Source of the DNA: a virus
Direction: 5' to 3' (one strand)
IMG/VR virus record: IMGVR_UViG_3300050015_000702
Length of the DNA stretch: 64,000 nt
The notes under the pieces were generated by a model. That model was not told the DNA's origin and searched no databases. It saw only the letters and a list, made by a program, of their open reading frames with translations. Below are positions 39,478 to 48,156 of this stretch, piece by piece. Position 1 is the first letter of the stretch. Each line of letters begins with the position of its first letter. Both the position numbers and the translations under genes were made by a program.

Positions 39478-41087
39478 TAATTTACACTAATTTGCTTACC
39501 AAATGGTTGTTTGAATTGTGGATTGTCATAGATAACCCAAATGAATTTATTCCAGAATGGTGGTTTCTTAGGCATTGGAGCGAATCCATCTGTAAAATAA
39601 ATGCAGAGGGAAACCCTATCTTTTAAGTGTTCATGAATCCAATCAAGTGGTTTTTGGAATGATGTACCACCACCGCCAGAAACATTCTTAGGAATATAAG
39701 GTTTTCCCATTCTTTTAATAGTCTGAACACTCTTATCATCAACTCCATCATCAAAGAAAGCAACGGTAATTTTGTTGATCTTTTTAGAGAAAATGATTTG
39801 ATTGATTTCATTAAGAATCTTTTCAAGAGCTTCTTTACCCATTGAACCAGATACGTCCACCATTACAACAATATTTTCGATAGCATCCATTTTATGTTTT
39901 TCCCCATAACGAAGAAATTCTTTTCCTAAATGCTTTTTGTTTCCCAATCTTTGGTAAACTTCTGGAGATAATGCTGTAGCAACATATCTTCTGAATAGAT
40001 TTTGCCAGTTTACGTCTCCCTTATGTAAACGATATAATGCTTTGATTAAAGCGCTTCCTTTTCCTTGGCCTGCTTTCCCTGAAGATTTCTCAGCACGTTC
40101 GAGCATCTTAGCACCTTCAACTCTCCATTTATCCGTAGCATTTTCATCTGGACCCGATTCATCTTCACCATAACCGGATTTTTTAGCAAGTTTTTTACCT
40201 TGATCCTCTGTCATAACCCCACCTGTACCAGCTGGATCTTCATCCTCCATCTGTTTGTAGATTTCATCTTCGCCTGATTCACCAGCTCCACCTATAGGTT
40301 TTTCTCCTGGTTTACCGGGTTTTCCTTTACCTTTTCCTGGTTTTCCTGGCTGACCATCGCCTTCTCCTTCTCCTCCTTCTCCTTCGCCTTCTCCTTCCCC
40401 GCCTTCACCTGGATCTCCTTGATCTGGAGGACCGCCTTCACCCTTACTTGACCCCTGATTACCTTTACTATTTGGATTCTGAGGTGGTTTTTGAAATTTA
40501 GGATCCTTTTTAATTTGTTCGTAAATTGTTTCAACTGGCAAATTAAGAAATTGGGGATCATAAAGTCCGCCAAGAGCTTTAAGGAATGCTTCATTGAAGT
40601 CACTTAAAGTATCTATAATGATTGCGTTAATTTCATAGTCACCAGCATAATTGAAGATCTTTGGATTTCTTCCTTTGATCCTCTGCATGTGAAGAAGTAC
40701 ACAGTGCATAATTTCATGAATGATGACAAAGATTTTTTGTTCCCATGTTAATTTATTGGCAAACATTGGGTTAACAAATAAACGGGTACCATCTGTAGCC
40801 ATCGTAGGAACAAGCCAAGTATAAATTGGAGTAAATCTATGAACATAGGGAGCAAATAGAGGGGATTGAGAAACAATAGCTGTTTTAGCACTTTCCATTT
40901 CTCTTTTCAAGTGGCCCATATCTATTTTAGTACCATCTTTGGCATAAACATAAGCATAGTCCTCAATCTTATTAGATCTTGGTGTTGCTTCACCTTGCGG
41001 TCTTATCTGCGCAAATTTGTCTTCTGCAGTTGGAGCAGGACCTGCTTCATTTAAAAAATCCTCAAATTGTGGATAAAATCTTTCCAT
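39477..41087 (-). CDS. DUF2201-type metallopeptidase-like + vWA domain protein (MoxR partner)
   Basis: TMATDG, HEIMH, G/E/K-rich linker, MIDAS DVSGSM, GGGTSF, YFTDG. Confidence 0.9.
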   Translation of the reverse strand: MERFYPQFEDFLNEAGPAPTAEDKFAQIRPQGEATPRSNKIEDYAYVYAKDGTKIDMGHLKREMESAKTAIVSQSPLFAPYVHRFTPIYTWLVPTMATDGTRLFVNPMFANKLTWEQKIFVIIHEIMHCVLLHMQRIKGRNPKIFNYAGDYEINAIIIDTLSDFNEAFLKALGGLYDPQFLNLPVETIYEQIKKDPKFQKPPQNPNSKGNQGSSKGEGGPPDQGDPGEGGEGEGEGEGGEGEGDGQPGKPGKGKGKPGKPGEKPIGGAGESGEDEIYKQMEDEDPAGTGGVMTEDQGKKLAKKSGYGEDESGPDENATDKWRVEGAKMLERAEKSSGKAGQGKGSALIKALYRLHKGDVNWQNLFRRYVATALSPEVYQRLGNKKHLGKEFLRYGEKHKMDAIENIVVMVDVSGSMGKEALEKILNEINQIIFSKKINKITVAFFDDGVDDKSVQTIKRMGKPYIPKNVSGGGGTSFQKPLDWIHEHLKDRVSLCIYFTDGFAPMPKKPPFWNKFIWVIYDNPQFKQPFGKQISVN

Positions 41088-41100
41088 TTGTTATATTTTT

Positions 41101-42273
41101 TTAATTATATAGATTACCTAAAACTTTGATTGTAGCTCTAATTTGCCAATCCTTCCATTTCTTTGGACCTCCGTAAATTGAAAAATCCCCGCGAACTTCT
41201 TTAGGAAATCCTCTTAAAGATTCAAAGCTATTATTTGCAGCATAAAAACCTCCTTTGACCAAATTAAAATTGATAAATTCGGGCAATTCAGATAATCCTT
41301 TTCCCACTATATTTATATCGTCAAAAGCATCGATAGTTTCATCAGGGTTAATCTTATATTCCGTTTCAGGTATTCCCATAGATTTAAACCAGCTTTTAAT
41401 CTGGTAATGTTCTCCAACTTCAAGTTTTTCAAGCGGTTCTGCATCTCTTTCAAAATTTACACCTTCATTTGTCTTTTTAGTATCTACCCAAATCGTTTTA
41501 GATAATACTTTGCAAACTTTTGTAACATCTCCTCTAGTAAAGTTACCGGGATTTTTATAAGCAATAAAATTTCCTTCAATAAGTTTTGGAGCATGTTCTA
41601 ATGTCATAAGTTCATTATCAAAACACTTAAAATTACCTTTATAATTAGCTGTTCCTTTAACTTTTATTGGACATCCTCGAAGAGTTGTAAGACGGTTTTT
41701 AGAAATATTAAATCCGCCCCAAACAACATTAAACTGAATATATGAGGGTAATTCGCCACCTTCAACTTTACCTTCTAGATTTACAACCGCACCATTCTTT
41801 TTATCCGAATAGTCAATAGTTAGATCTTCATTTAAATTATAAAAATAGAGTTCTTTTTCATGCAACCATTTTTCTATAAGAACTTTTTTGCCAATTCCTA
41901 GTGATGCTTTAGGATCTTCGTAACGTGTAAAATTTTGAGATTCATTAGTTTTAGCACGAACATTTAAATATCCGATTAACCCCCCAAGCGCATCTTTAGC
42001 ATTATCATAATAATCTGTTCGATAATCTGTCGTCACAGCAACCCATCTTTTTCCATCCCCATCTCCATCACTTTTTGATTTCAAAATTAATACTGGTTGT
42101 GATAAATCTCGTAAAATGCTAACAATATCGAAATTTTGTTCAATAATATCCAAAGGCAAATCCCATTCGGTTTCTTCCACTATTTTTTTGTCTAGAATTT
42201 TCTTCCCAATTCCCATAGAAGCTAAAGGTTCTTGACCACGTTCAAAATTAATATTTTCTTTCACGATTATCAT
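41101..42273 (-). CDS. FER-tag polyprotein (3 tags; two LRR-like cargos)
   Basis: VKENINFERGQEPLASMGIG; TNESQNFTRYEDPKASLGIG; TNEGVNFERDAEPLEKLEVG. Confidence 0.8.
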   Translation of the reverse strand: MIIVKENINFERGQEPLASMGIGKKILDKKIVEETEWDLPLDIIEQNFDIVSILRDLSQPVLILKSKSDGDGDGKRWVAVTTDYRTDYYDNAKDALGGLIGYLNVRAKTNESQNFTRYEDPKASLGIGKKVLIEKWLHEKELYFYNLNEDLTIDYSDKKNGAVVNLEGKVEGGELPSYIQFNVVWGGFNISKNRLTTLRGCPIKVKGTANYKGNFKCFDNELMTLEHAPKLIEGNFIAYKNPGNFTRGDVTKVCKVLSKTIWVDTKKTNEGVNFERDAEPLEKLEVGEHYQIKSWFKSMGIPETEYKINPDETIDAFDDINIVGKGLSELPEFINFNLVKGGFYAANNSFESLRGFPKEVRGDFSIYGGPKKWKDWQIRATIKVLGNLYN

Positions 42274-42276
42274 CTT

Positions 42277-42687
42277 TTATTCGTTTAATTCTTCTACTAT
42301 AACATATCCGCCAACTTCGCATACTTTTCTAATATCCTCTGCAGGGGGAGGGGGTAAGTTTACAACGCCGGGATAATATACGGTCAACTCTCTGCCAACA
42401 TAACTCGGAAATCCTTTTAATGCTAGTGGGGATCTAACGAAACATTTGAAGTCCATACGTATAGTTCCAAATTTAATATACTCTGGAAACGTATTGAATA
42501 AAGTTTCGCTCAAGTCTATATCTTCTGCATCTATCTTTAAATTTTTTGTAAGAATAGGCCCTATAATGTTATTAAATTGCCTCATTTCTGCAATCCATTT
42601 TAAGATAAGCGGTTTTCGACCAATCCCCATTGAAACTACCGGTTCCTGACCGCGTTCAAAATTATGTATGCTTTCTCGAACTATCAT
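42277..42687 (-). CDS. FER-tag protein with an LRR-like cargo
   Basis: MIVRESIHNFERGQEPVVSMGIG; FPEYIKFG...LKGFP. Confidence 0.8.
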   Translation of the reverse strand: MIVRESIHNFERGQEPVVSMGIGRKPLILKWIAEMRQFNNIIGPILTKNLKIDAEDIDLSETLFNTFPEYIKFGTIRMDFKCFVRSPLALKGFPSYVGRELTVYYPGVVNLPPPPAEDIRKVCEVGGYVIVEELNE

Positions 42688-43493
42688 TTTCTTTTAAATC
42701 TGTCAGGATCATAGACCCCCTTATTTCTTAATATCTTTAAAATTTTAATAAAACTATATTTGTTATCAAATGCTTTTTCAATCTTTCTAGACCCCATTCT
42801 TTTATTTACATACAAATCAACAATTAAATCTTCGTCTTCTTTCGAAACATCCTTGTATGCGGTATTATCTTTTCCATATCTTGGCGGACCAAAGTTTTGA
42901 GCAAAATGTTTACCCTGCAAAGATTTAGATATATTTTGTTTTCTTTCTTCTGTGTGTTTTACATCTAAAAGAGAATTTCGAATTTTGTCTTTTGTCTCTT
43001 GTTTTCTTGTTTTACCAGTATTAGATTTTGCACGTTTATTTTTTTCTTCTTCAGATTGTATTCTACCAATACCAATTCCCCTTCTCCCTATACTTTGTTT
43101 TTTCTTTATTTCTTTTGCTTTTTCTTCACCAAAGATTTCTTCAAATGTTTTTCCCTTTCGTATTCCTAAATTAGAAATAGTATAATTTCCCCCGCCTTTT
43201 GTCAAATTATATCCATCCGGTCTAATAGTATTATCTCGATCTATATAGAAAATTTCTCTTTCATTTAGAATTTGTATTAATTTTTCACTATTTTCATTTT
43301 TTCTTTCTTCTATAATTTCCCATTTAATATTGGATTCGCCATACTTTCTTATAGCATTATGAAAATATAAATTTGACCCACTTCTAACAGCAGCATAATG
43401 ACTATATTTTCTTTTTTTTAATCCTTGAATGGTTCTTCCATAATATTTTTTTCCTTCTGGAGAAGTAGCACAATAGATTATTCCTTTTATCAT
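42684..43493 (-). CDS. GIY-YIG homing endonuclease with NUMOD3-like repeats
   Basis: MIKGIIYCATSPEGKKYYGRT, LNEREIFYI, GYNLTKGG; paralogue of 18359..19216; promoter-like GATATATATAATAAA at 43501-43515 places the start at ATG 43493. Confidence 0.9.
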   Translation of the reverse strand: MIKGIIYCATSPEGKKYYGRTIQGLKKRKYSHYAAVRSGSNLYFHNAIRKYGESNIKWEIIEERKNENSEKLIQILNEREIFYIDRDNTIRPDGYNLTKGGGNYTISNLGIRKGKTFEEIFGEEKAKEIKKKQSIGRRGIGIGRIQSEEEKNKRAKSNTGKTRKQETKDKIRNSLLDVKHTEERKQNISKSLQGKHFAQNFGPPRYGKDNTAYKDVSKEDEDLIVDLYVNKRMGSRKIEKAFDNKYSFIKILKILRNKGVYDPDRFKRK

Positions 43494-43526
43494 AGATAAG
43501 TTTATTATATATATCACAAGGGGTAC

Positions 43527-44261
43527 CTACGAAAAGAGCGCGAACCAGTCTGGAGGATTATCCCCTTTGATCTTTTCTTTCAATGCTTCAATTTCTGTGG
43601 TTCCTTCTGTACGGATTTGTTCAAAATTTATAGTTACGTTTCCAATAAGCTGGAAATTAAAGGTTCCAAGTATACGAGCAAGAGATAGCTTTGCTTTTGC
43701 AATCATCCAATCAAGAACGATAGTATCTTCGTAAGCATCTTCTAGAGGAATATGATCTAAAGCTAATACCATTAAACTGCTAACAGGTGTACGACCTGTA
43801 ATAATCAATCTGTGAGTATTTGGGTTAAAATCGTGATTTATATCTTTAAGGTTAAATGCCCTTGCCAAATCCCAAAAACTCCACTGAATTGTACGATAAG
43901 TAATCTGGTCTGAAGATAATGGGGTAAGATAAAGATCTGAAGCCATTAATCTATCGAAGTTTAAGTCTGGGTCATTGATACCAAATACCCTATCACCGCC
44001 AGTCATTTCCACAACTTTTTTAATACCTTCTGTGCAAGGATTCATTTGGAATGTTCTGGTTGCTCTCCATTCGGGGGTCTGATAATATTGTTTATTGATA
44101 ATATAGATTTTATCCTGAATCAATTCACGATACTCCCTGAAAAGAAATCTCATCTCTTTATCAATGATACGGTCTATTTCCGCTGTTGGAATAGTATAGG
44201 GAATAGATGCTGATGCAGTTATTTCCCCTACAATTCTTTGAATAAATTCGGCTTTAGTCAT
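43527..44261 (-). CDS. neck/head-tail adaptor protein, T4 gp13-like
   Basis: MTKAEFIQRI...; AKAKLSLARILGTFNFQLIGNVTINFEQIRTEG..EIEALKEKI...PPDWF. Confidence 0.75.
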   Translation of the reverse strand: MTKAEFIQRIVGEITASASIPYTIPTAEIDRIIDKEMRFLFREYRELIQDKIYIINKQYYQTPEWRATRTFQMNPCTEGIKKVVEMTGGDRVFGINDPDLNFDRLMASDLYLTPLSSDQITYRTIQWSFWDLARAFNLKDINHDFNPNTHRLIITGRTPVSSLMVLALDHIPLEDAYEDTIVLDWMIAKAKLSLARILGTFNFQLIGNVTINFEQIRTEGTTEIEALKEKIKGDNPPDWFALFS

Positions 44262-44267
44262 TATATT

Positions 44268-45701
44268 TTACCATTTAATTTTAAATTCATTTGCATATCC
44301 CTTGTCCTTCTTATTTGGAATAAGGTTTTTGAGCCAGTTATAATCTCTGATCTCTTTTACTGCGATTGCATCGTTTTTTTCAGGTTTGTTCTCTCTAGGG
44401 TTAACAACTAAACAATGTTCATCTAGTTTAGCTTCTTTACCTATTCCTGCGTTCTGTACGACACTTTCAAAAACTTTACAATTGATTATCTCACCAGAAT
44501 TAAAGATTGTGCTAGTGTGTATCTCATTGCCCCTATCCGCACGTGAGCGTAATAAATAACAATCGGCGATTTTATTTCCTTCTATAATTGTTGAATTTCG
44601 AATCTGAGAATTTTTAACAGTGCATTTCCAAAGTGCGCATTTTTCTACAATGCCTTGAACTTCCGAATTTACTATTTGTAAATTAGAAACTTTTATACCA
44701 GATAACTTAGCATCTTTTATTTGGAAGAGACCCTGTTCTGTATCCAAATTGAATTTTCCTTTTTTGAATCCACTCTCAAGCATTACCTTTGTAAGTGGCC
44801 CGCGAATTTTTTCCCAATAAGTCTTAATAATTTGATCTCCAGTTTTGAGGTCAACGCCAATTTGAATATCTTTGTATTCTTTAAGGAAGAATTCGGGATC
44901 GTAATAAGCTCTACGAATGGTTGAATATCCTTCAATAATTTTAGCCATCTCAGCTTCCATTACTGCAGAATAGCCAGGAACGTTTAGAACCTGATAAGTG
45001 GATATGATAAAGTAATTGAGAGCCTCATTTATTTCTTTTGCTTTGGCTTCATATCCCTTTCCCCCAATATAATTAAATTTAAGAATGCCATAAGTTTGAT
45101 CCGTAAAGTCAATTCCATAATAAGCAGCCATCGGCATTGCGAAAGAATTGTTTATATTTCTGAATGGATTGCTAATGTTCAAAAATTCATTCATCGGAAT
45201 AAGATGCTTAACACTCATGGAAAACGGAGAATCTCTTCTCTCTGGGAATTTTTTCCAGATATAATTCTCGTCCATTTTAAGAACCATCTTAGCAACATCC
45301 ATATTAGATATTGTCTGAGCAGTCTGAAGTTCCCTATTGTTAAAGGATAGGGAAACAGTCATACCAGTTGTTCTATCGGTTTTAGAAGTATTTTTTATCC
45401 ACTCAAGAACTCCATTAAGCATTGGACCCGTACTAAGATAATCTTGCGGACTTAATTTAAAGCTATAACGCGAATTTTTTCCTGCATATTCTCTTAAAAG
45501 AACAGGCGCAGTCCAAGTTGGAATCATTCTTGGGTCATTTGTAAGAGCCACACTTTTTGCTGTTGTGTTTGAAAGTTCTTCAACAATGAATTCTGCCTCT
45601 TTTGTTGAAAAGAATTCAAAGGTATATCCTACTTGAGCATTGTTGAAAACTTCTTGCACAGAATAGTCACGAAGGTGGTTGTATAAAGATACATTATCCA
45701 T
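44268..45701 (-). CDS. degenerate amidoligase-2-like protein with C-terminal beta-helix-like repeats
   Basis: VGYTFEFF, TDRTTGMTVSLSF, YYGIDF, ILKFNYIGG are spaced like GxExE / CGxHV / KYxxxN / xEFR; C-terminal I.NS.I repeats. Confidence 0.45.
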   Translation of the reverse strand: MDNVSLYNHLRDYSVQEVFNNAQVGYTFEFFSTKEAEFIVEELSNTTAKSVALTNDPRMIPTWTAPVLLREYAGKNSRYSFKLSPQDYLSTGPMLNGVLEWIKNTSKTDRTTGMTVSLSFNNRELQTAQTISNMDVAKMVLKMDENYIWKKFPERRDSPFSMSVKHLIPMNEFLNISNPFRNINNSFAMPMAAYYGIDFTDQTYGILKFNYIGGKGYEAKAKEINEALNYFIISTYQVLNVPGYSAVMEAEMAKIIEGYSTIRRAYYDPEFFLKEYKDIQIGVDLKTGDQIIKTYWEKIRGPLTKVMLESGFKKGKFNLDTEQGLFQIKDAKLSGIKVSNLQIVNSEVQGIVEKCALWKCTVKNSQIRNSTIIEGNKIADCYLLRSRADRGNEIHTSTIFNSGEIINCKVFESVVQNAGIGKEAKLDEHCLVVNPRENKPEKNDAIAVKEIRDYNWLKNLIPNKKDKGYANEFKIKW

Positions 45702-45710
45702 TTAACGGGT

Positions 45711-45726
45711 TTTTCTTTATTTATTC
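45711..45726 (-). promoter_or_regulatory. late-promoter-like motif GAATAAATAAAGAAAA
   Basis: Lies between a terminator and ATG 45701. Confidence 0.5.
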
Positions 45727-45728
45727 AC

Positions 45729-45756
45729 AAAAAAGGAGCAGTTAATTCTGCTCCTT
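45729..45756 (-). terminator. rho-independent terminator downstream of the S1 gene
   Basis: aaggagcag-ttaatt-ctgctcctt hairpin with an A-run on the left (U-tract on the minus strand). Confidence 0.75.
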
Positions 45757-45841
45757 CCTATTTCTATAATTAGATACCTTCTTCTCTTTCTCTCTGGACA
45801 CTCTTTTTATGAGTCCTACGAGGAAAGTTTTGATTTTTACG

Positions 45842-47080
45842 TTAATTTCTGGTTAATTCTTGAGGAATTGGTGAGTCCAACCCAAAAGTTAACTTATCAT
45901 CTTTGATTGATTGAAACTTAACTGTAATCTGATCTTTGTAAACTAAGTTCCTGGTCGAAATCTTTCGACTACGGAATTCTTTACTAGGAACAACCCCCGT
46001 TATGTCTCCGATATTAACGATGACCCCAAAATTCATAACTGCTGCAACTTCTGCTACAACGGCTTTGTCTTTATTGGCTTCAATAAAATCTTCGATTTTT
46101 TTCTTCTTTTCTGCTGGGCTTTCCTCGGTTAATATAATCCTATTGTCTTTAGCAACTTCGCTAATATAGAATTGTATTGGATCTCCTGGCTTGTATTCTC
46201 TTGCTCTGAATTTCAATAGAGTAGATTCTTTCATTTTGGAGTTATGAAGAAGGCCTGTAAAGATGTCTCCAAACTCAACGAATATTCCGTACTTGGAAGA
46301 ACCGGTAATAGATCCATGATATTCTACATTTAAATCTAACTCGGCAATTTTCTTTGGAAGAACGTGTTCAATATATTTCTTATGAGATACAATGAATGAG
46401 TTCATTTCCTGAAGGAAGTCTTCTACCATTACGATAACTTCTTTGCCTACAAGTGTTTGAAAGTCCATAATCTTATTTGGAGCAGCAAGAGATCCTGGCA
46501 TAAATGCTTCAACACCAGATACTTCAACGAAATATCCACCACGATTACAATTAAGAACTTTTGCAACGTAAGCTTTTGATGGTGACTGAACTTCTTTCAT
46601 GAATTCTTCTTTGGTCTTTTTGATGTGACCCTGCCAAAGAGATATTTTGAGGGATGGGCTGGATTCTATAACGTAAGCATAGAGACCCTGGGCGATGAAT
46701 TGTTTTCTTATTTCAGGATTTGAAAGTACTTCGCAGAAAGTTGCTGGACTATCATATCCATAAATTTGAATAAATCTTTTTTCTCGGTTAAGATCTATTT
46801 CCACTGCTAATCCACCTAACAATTCAATTGTCATTAAGTTCTTGTCAATCTTAGGTATGTCCACAATAGTAACACAATCGCCTTTGACGAGGTCCTTTTT
46901 AACTGTCTTCTGATCTGATTGATTGTATAGGTTAAACAATTCTTGAGCGTAAGGCTCGTGGGAAAATACCCTGGTTTTTAGATCTAATCCTCTAATCTGT
47001 TCGTTGGGAATAAGTCTTCGGCCACCTAAGTAACCTTTTTCGTATAATTCCCAGTTGAAGTCTTCTAAATTTTCAAACAT
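45842..47080 (-). CDS. multi-S1-domain RNA-binding protein (ribosomal protein S1-like)
   Basis: At least three S1 repeats: NRGGYFVEVSGVEAFMPGS, KYGIFVEFGDIFTGLLHNSKM, NFGVIVNIGDITGVVPSKE. Confidence 0.85.
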   Translation of the reverse strand: MFENLEDFNWELYEKGYLGGRRLIPNEQIRGLDLKTRVFSHEPYAQELFNLYNQSDQKTVKKDLVKGDCVTIVDIPKIDKNLMTIELLGGLAVEIDLNREKRFIQIYGYDSPATFCEVLSNPEIRKQFIAQGLYAYVIESSPSLKISLWQGHIKKTKEEFMKEVQSPSKAYVAKVLNCNRGGYFVEVSGVEAFMPGSLAAPNKIMDFQTLVGKEVIVMVEDFLQEMNSFIVSHKKYIEHVLPKKIAELDLNVEYHGSITGSSKYGIFVEFGDIFTGLLHNSKMKESTLLKFRAREYKPGDPIQFYISEVAKDNRIILTEESPAEKKKKIEDFIEANKDKAVVAEVAAVMNFGVIVNIGDITGVVPSKEFRSRKISTRNLVYKDQITVKFQSIKDDKLTFGLDSPIPQELTRN

Positions 47081-47154
47081 TTATTTTAGGTTTTAGTGCG
47101 TTTAACATATAGGTTATATATTATTCCTTTTTCCAGCTCTTTTTAATCTTAGCG

Positions 47155-47170
47155 GATATATAAAATAAAA
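47155..47170 (+). promoter_or_regulatory. late-promoter-like motif GATATATAAAATAAAA
   Basis: Heads the + strand tail gene run. Confidence 0.6.
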
Positions 47171-47182
47171 TATACACTTACT

Positions 47183-47578
47183 ATGTCTATACTTACATAC
47201 ACCGGAAAAATAGTTACGGCAAATGGGAAAATTGTTTTACATGTTGTCCCTCCCCCACCACCACAGAGTACAGTTTTTCTAAGTTATCTAGATCTTGCGA
47301 ATGATGTCGGATTAATAAAATCCCTTGACAGCGGAGTAAGTTTTAGCTATACCGATGCTTCAGCTTATCACTCTGGATACCCAATTGCCACCATAGTTCA
47401 CGATCCGAGTGGAGATGTTCTATTATGCGGAACTGTTGATGGCTGGTTATATACTTATAAAAATGGGGTATTTGATTCTAGTACTCACCTAATTCCTAAT
47501 GGATTTGGGGATATACAAGTAAGAGGAAATATAAGGGTTTGTTCTAATGGATATACAGGTGCTATAGTACCTTTTTAA
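47183..47578 (+). CDS. Asp-box/beta-propeller fragment protein
   Basis: KSLDSGVSF Asp-box; N-terminal leader plus poly-Pro linker. Confidence 0.6.
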   Translation: MSILTYTGKIVTANGKIVLHVVPPPPPQSTVFLSYLDLANDVGLIKSLDSGVSFSYTDASAYHSGYPIATIVHDPSGDVLLCGTVDGWLYTYKNGVFDSSTHLIPNGFGDIQVRGNIRVCSNGYTGAIVPF

Positions 47579-47607
47579 ATAAAAACTAAAATTAAAAATA
47601 AAATATT

Positions 47608-48156
47608 ATGGGAATTTCAACATCTGTAAAAATATTCATCTACCCAGACGAAACAAAATTATTGTTGCTCAAAACTACAGGTTTATATCGTTCAAATCCC
47701 GATGGGAGTGGTCAAAGCTTCATTCACTCAGGGAATTATTATGTAAATTATGTGTATGATGAAGTTTCTGGCTTTATATATTTTATAAATCAGACTACCG
47801 GTAATGTATGGCGCAACACAACAGCTTTTGACTTTACAGCATTCACTGATTTAGGAAATTTCTTTCCTTCTTCTGCTATATCTACAGGGACCTTAATAAA
47901 AGTTAATAATGGGAGAATCATTTTTGGAGGGGGAAATTATCTTAAATATACAGACAATTTATTTGTATCTACTACTGATATATCTGGAATTATTACAAAT
48001 TTGGCATTTCTACTTTATGAAGGAGGCGATAATGTATTAGGAGTTTCCAATGTTGCGAATTATAATTATTATAGATCCACTGATAATGGGCTAACTTGGC
48101 CTTTAATATCTATCCCTTTAGGAAGGTACACAGTTTATGCAGGATATAAAGTTTAA
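47608..48156 (+). CDS. Asp-box/beta-propeller fragment protein
   Basis: YRSTDNGLTW Asp-box; blade-like beta repeats. Confidence 0.6.
   Translation: MGISTSVKIFIYPDETKLLLLKTTGLYRSNPDGSGQSFIHSGNYYVNYVYDEVSGFIYFINQTTGNVWRNTTAFDFTAFTDLGNFFPSSAISTGTLIKVNNGRIIFGGGNYLKYTDNLFVSTTDISGIITNLAFLLYEGGDNVLGVSNVANYNYYRSTDNGLTWPLISIPLGRYTVYAGYKV

Noticed and set aside
40260-40480. Collagen-like or repeat element (GEGEG, GKPGK)
   Set aside because: Ordinary low-complexity linker between the peptidase-like and vWA domains of DUF2201 proteins
45757-45841. tRNA or ncRNA in the gap downstream of the S1 gene (and at 19238-19308)
   Set aside because: No cloverleaf, T-loop GTTCRA or convincing extended pairing seen by eye
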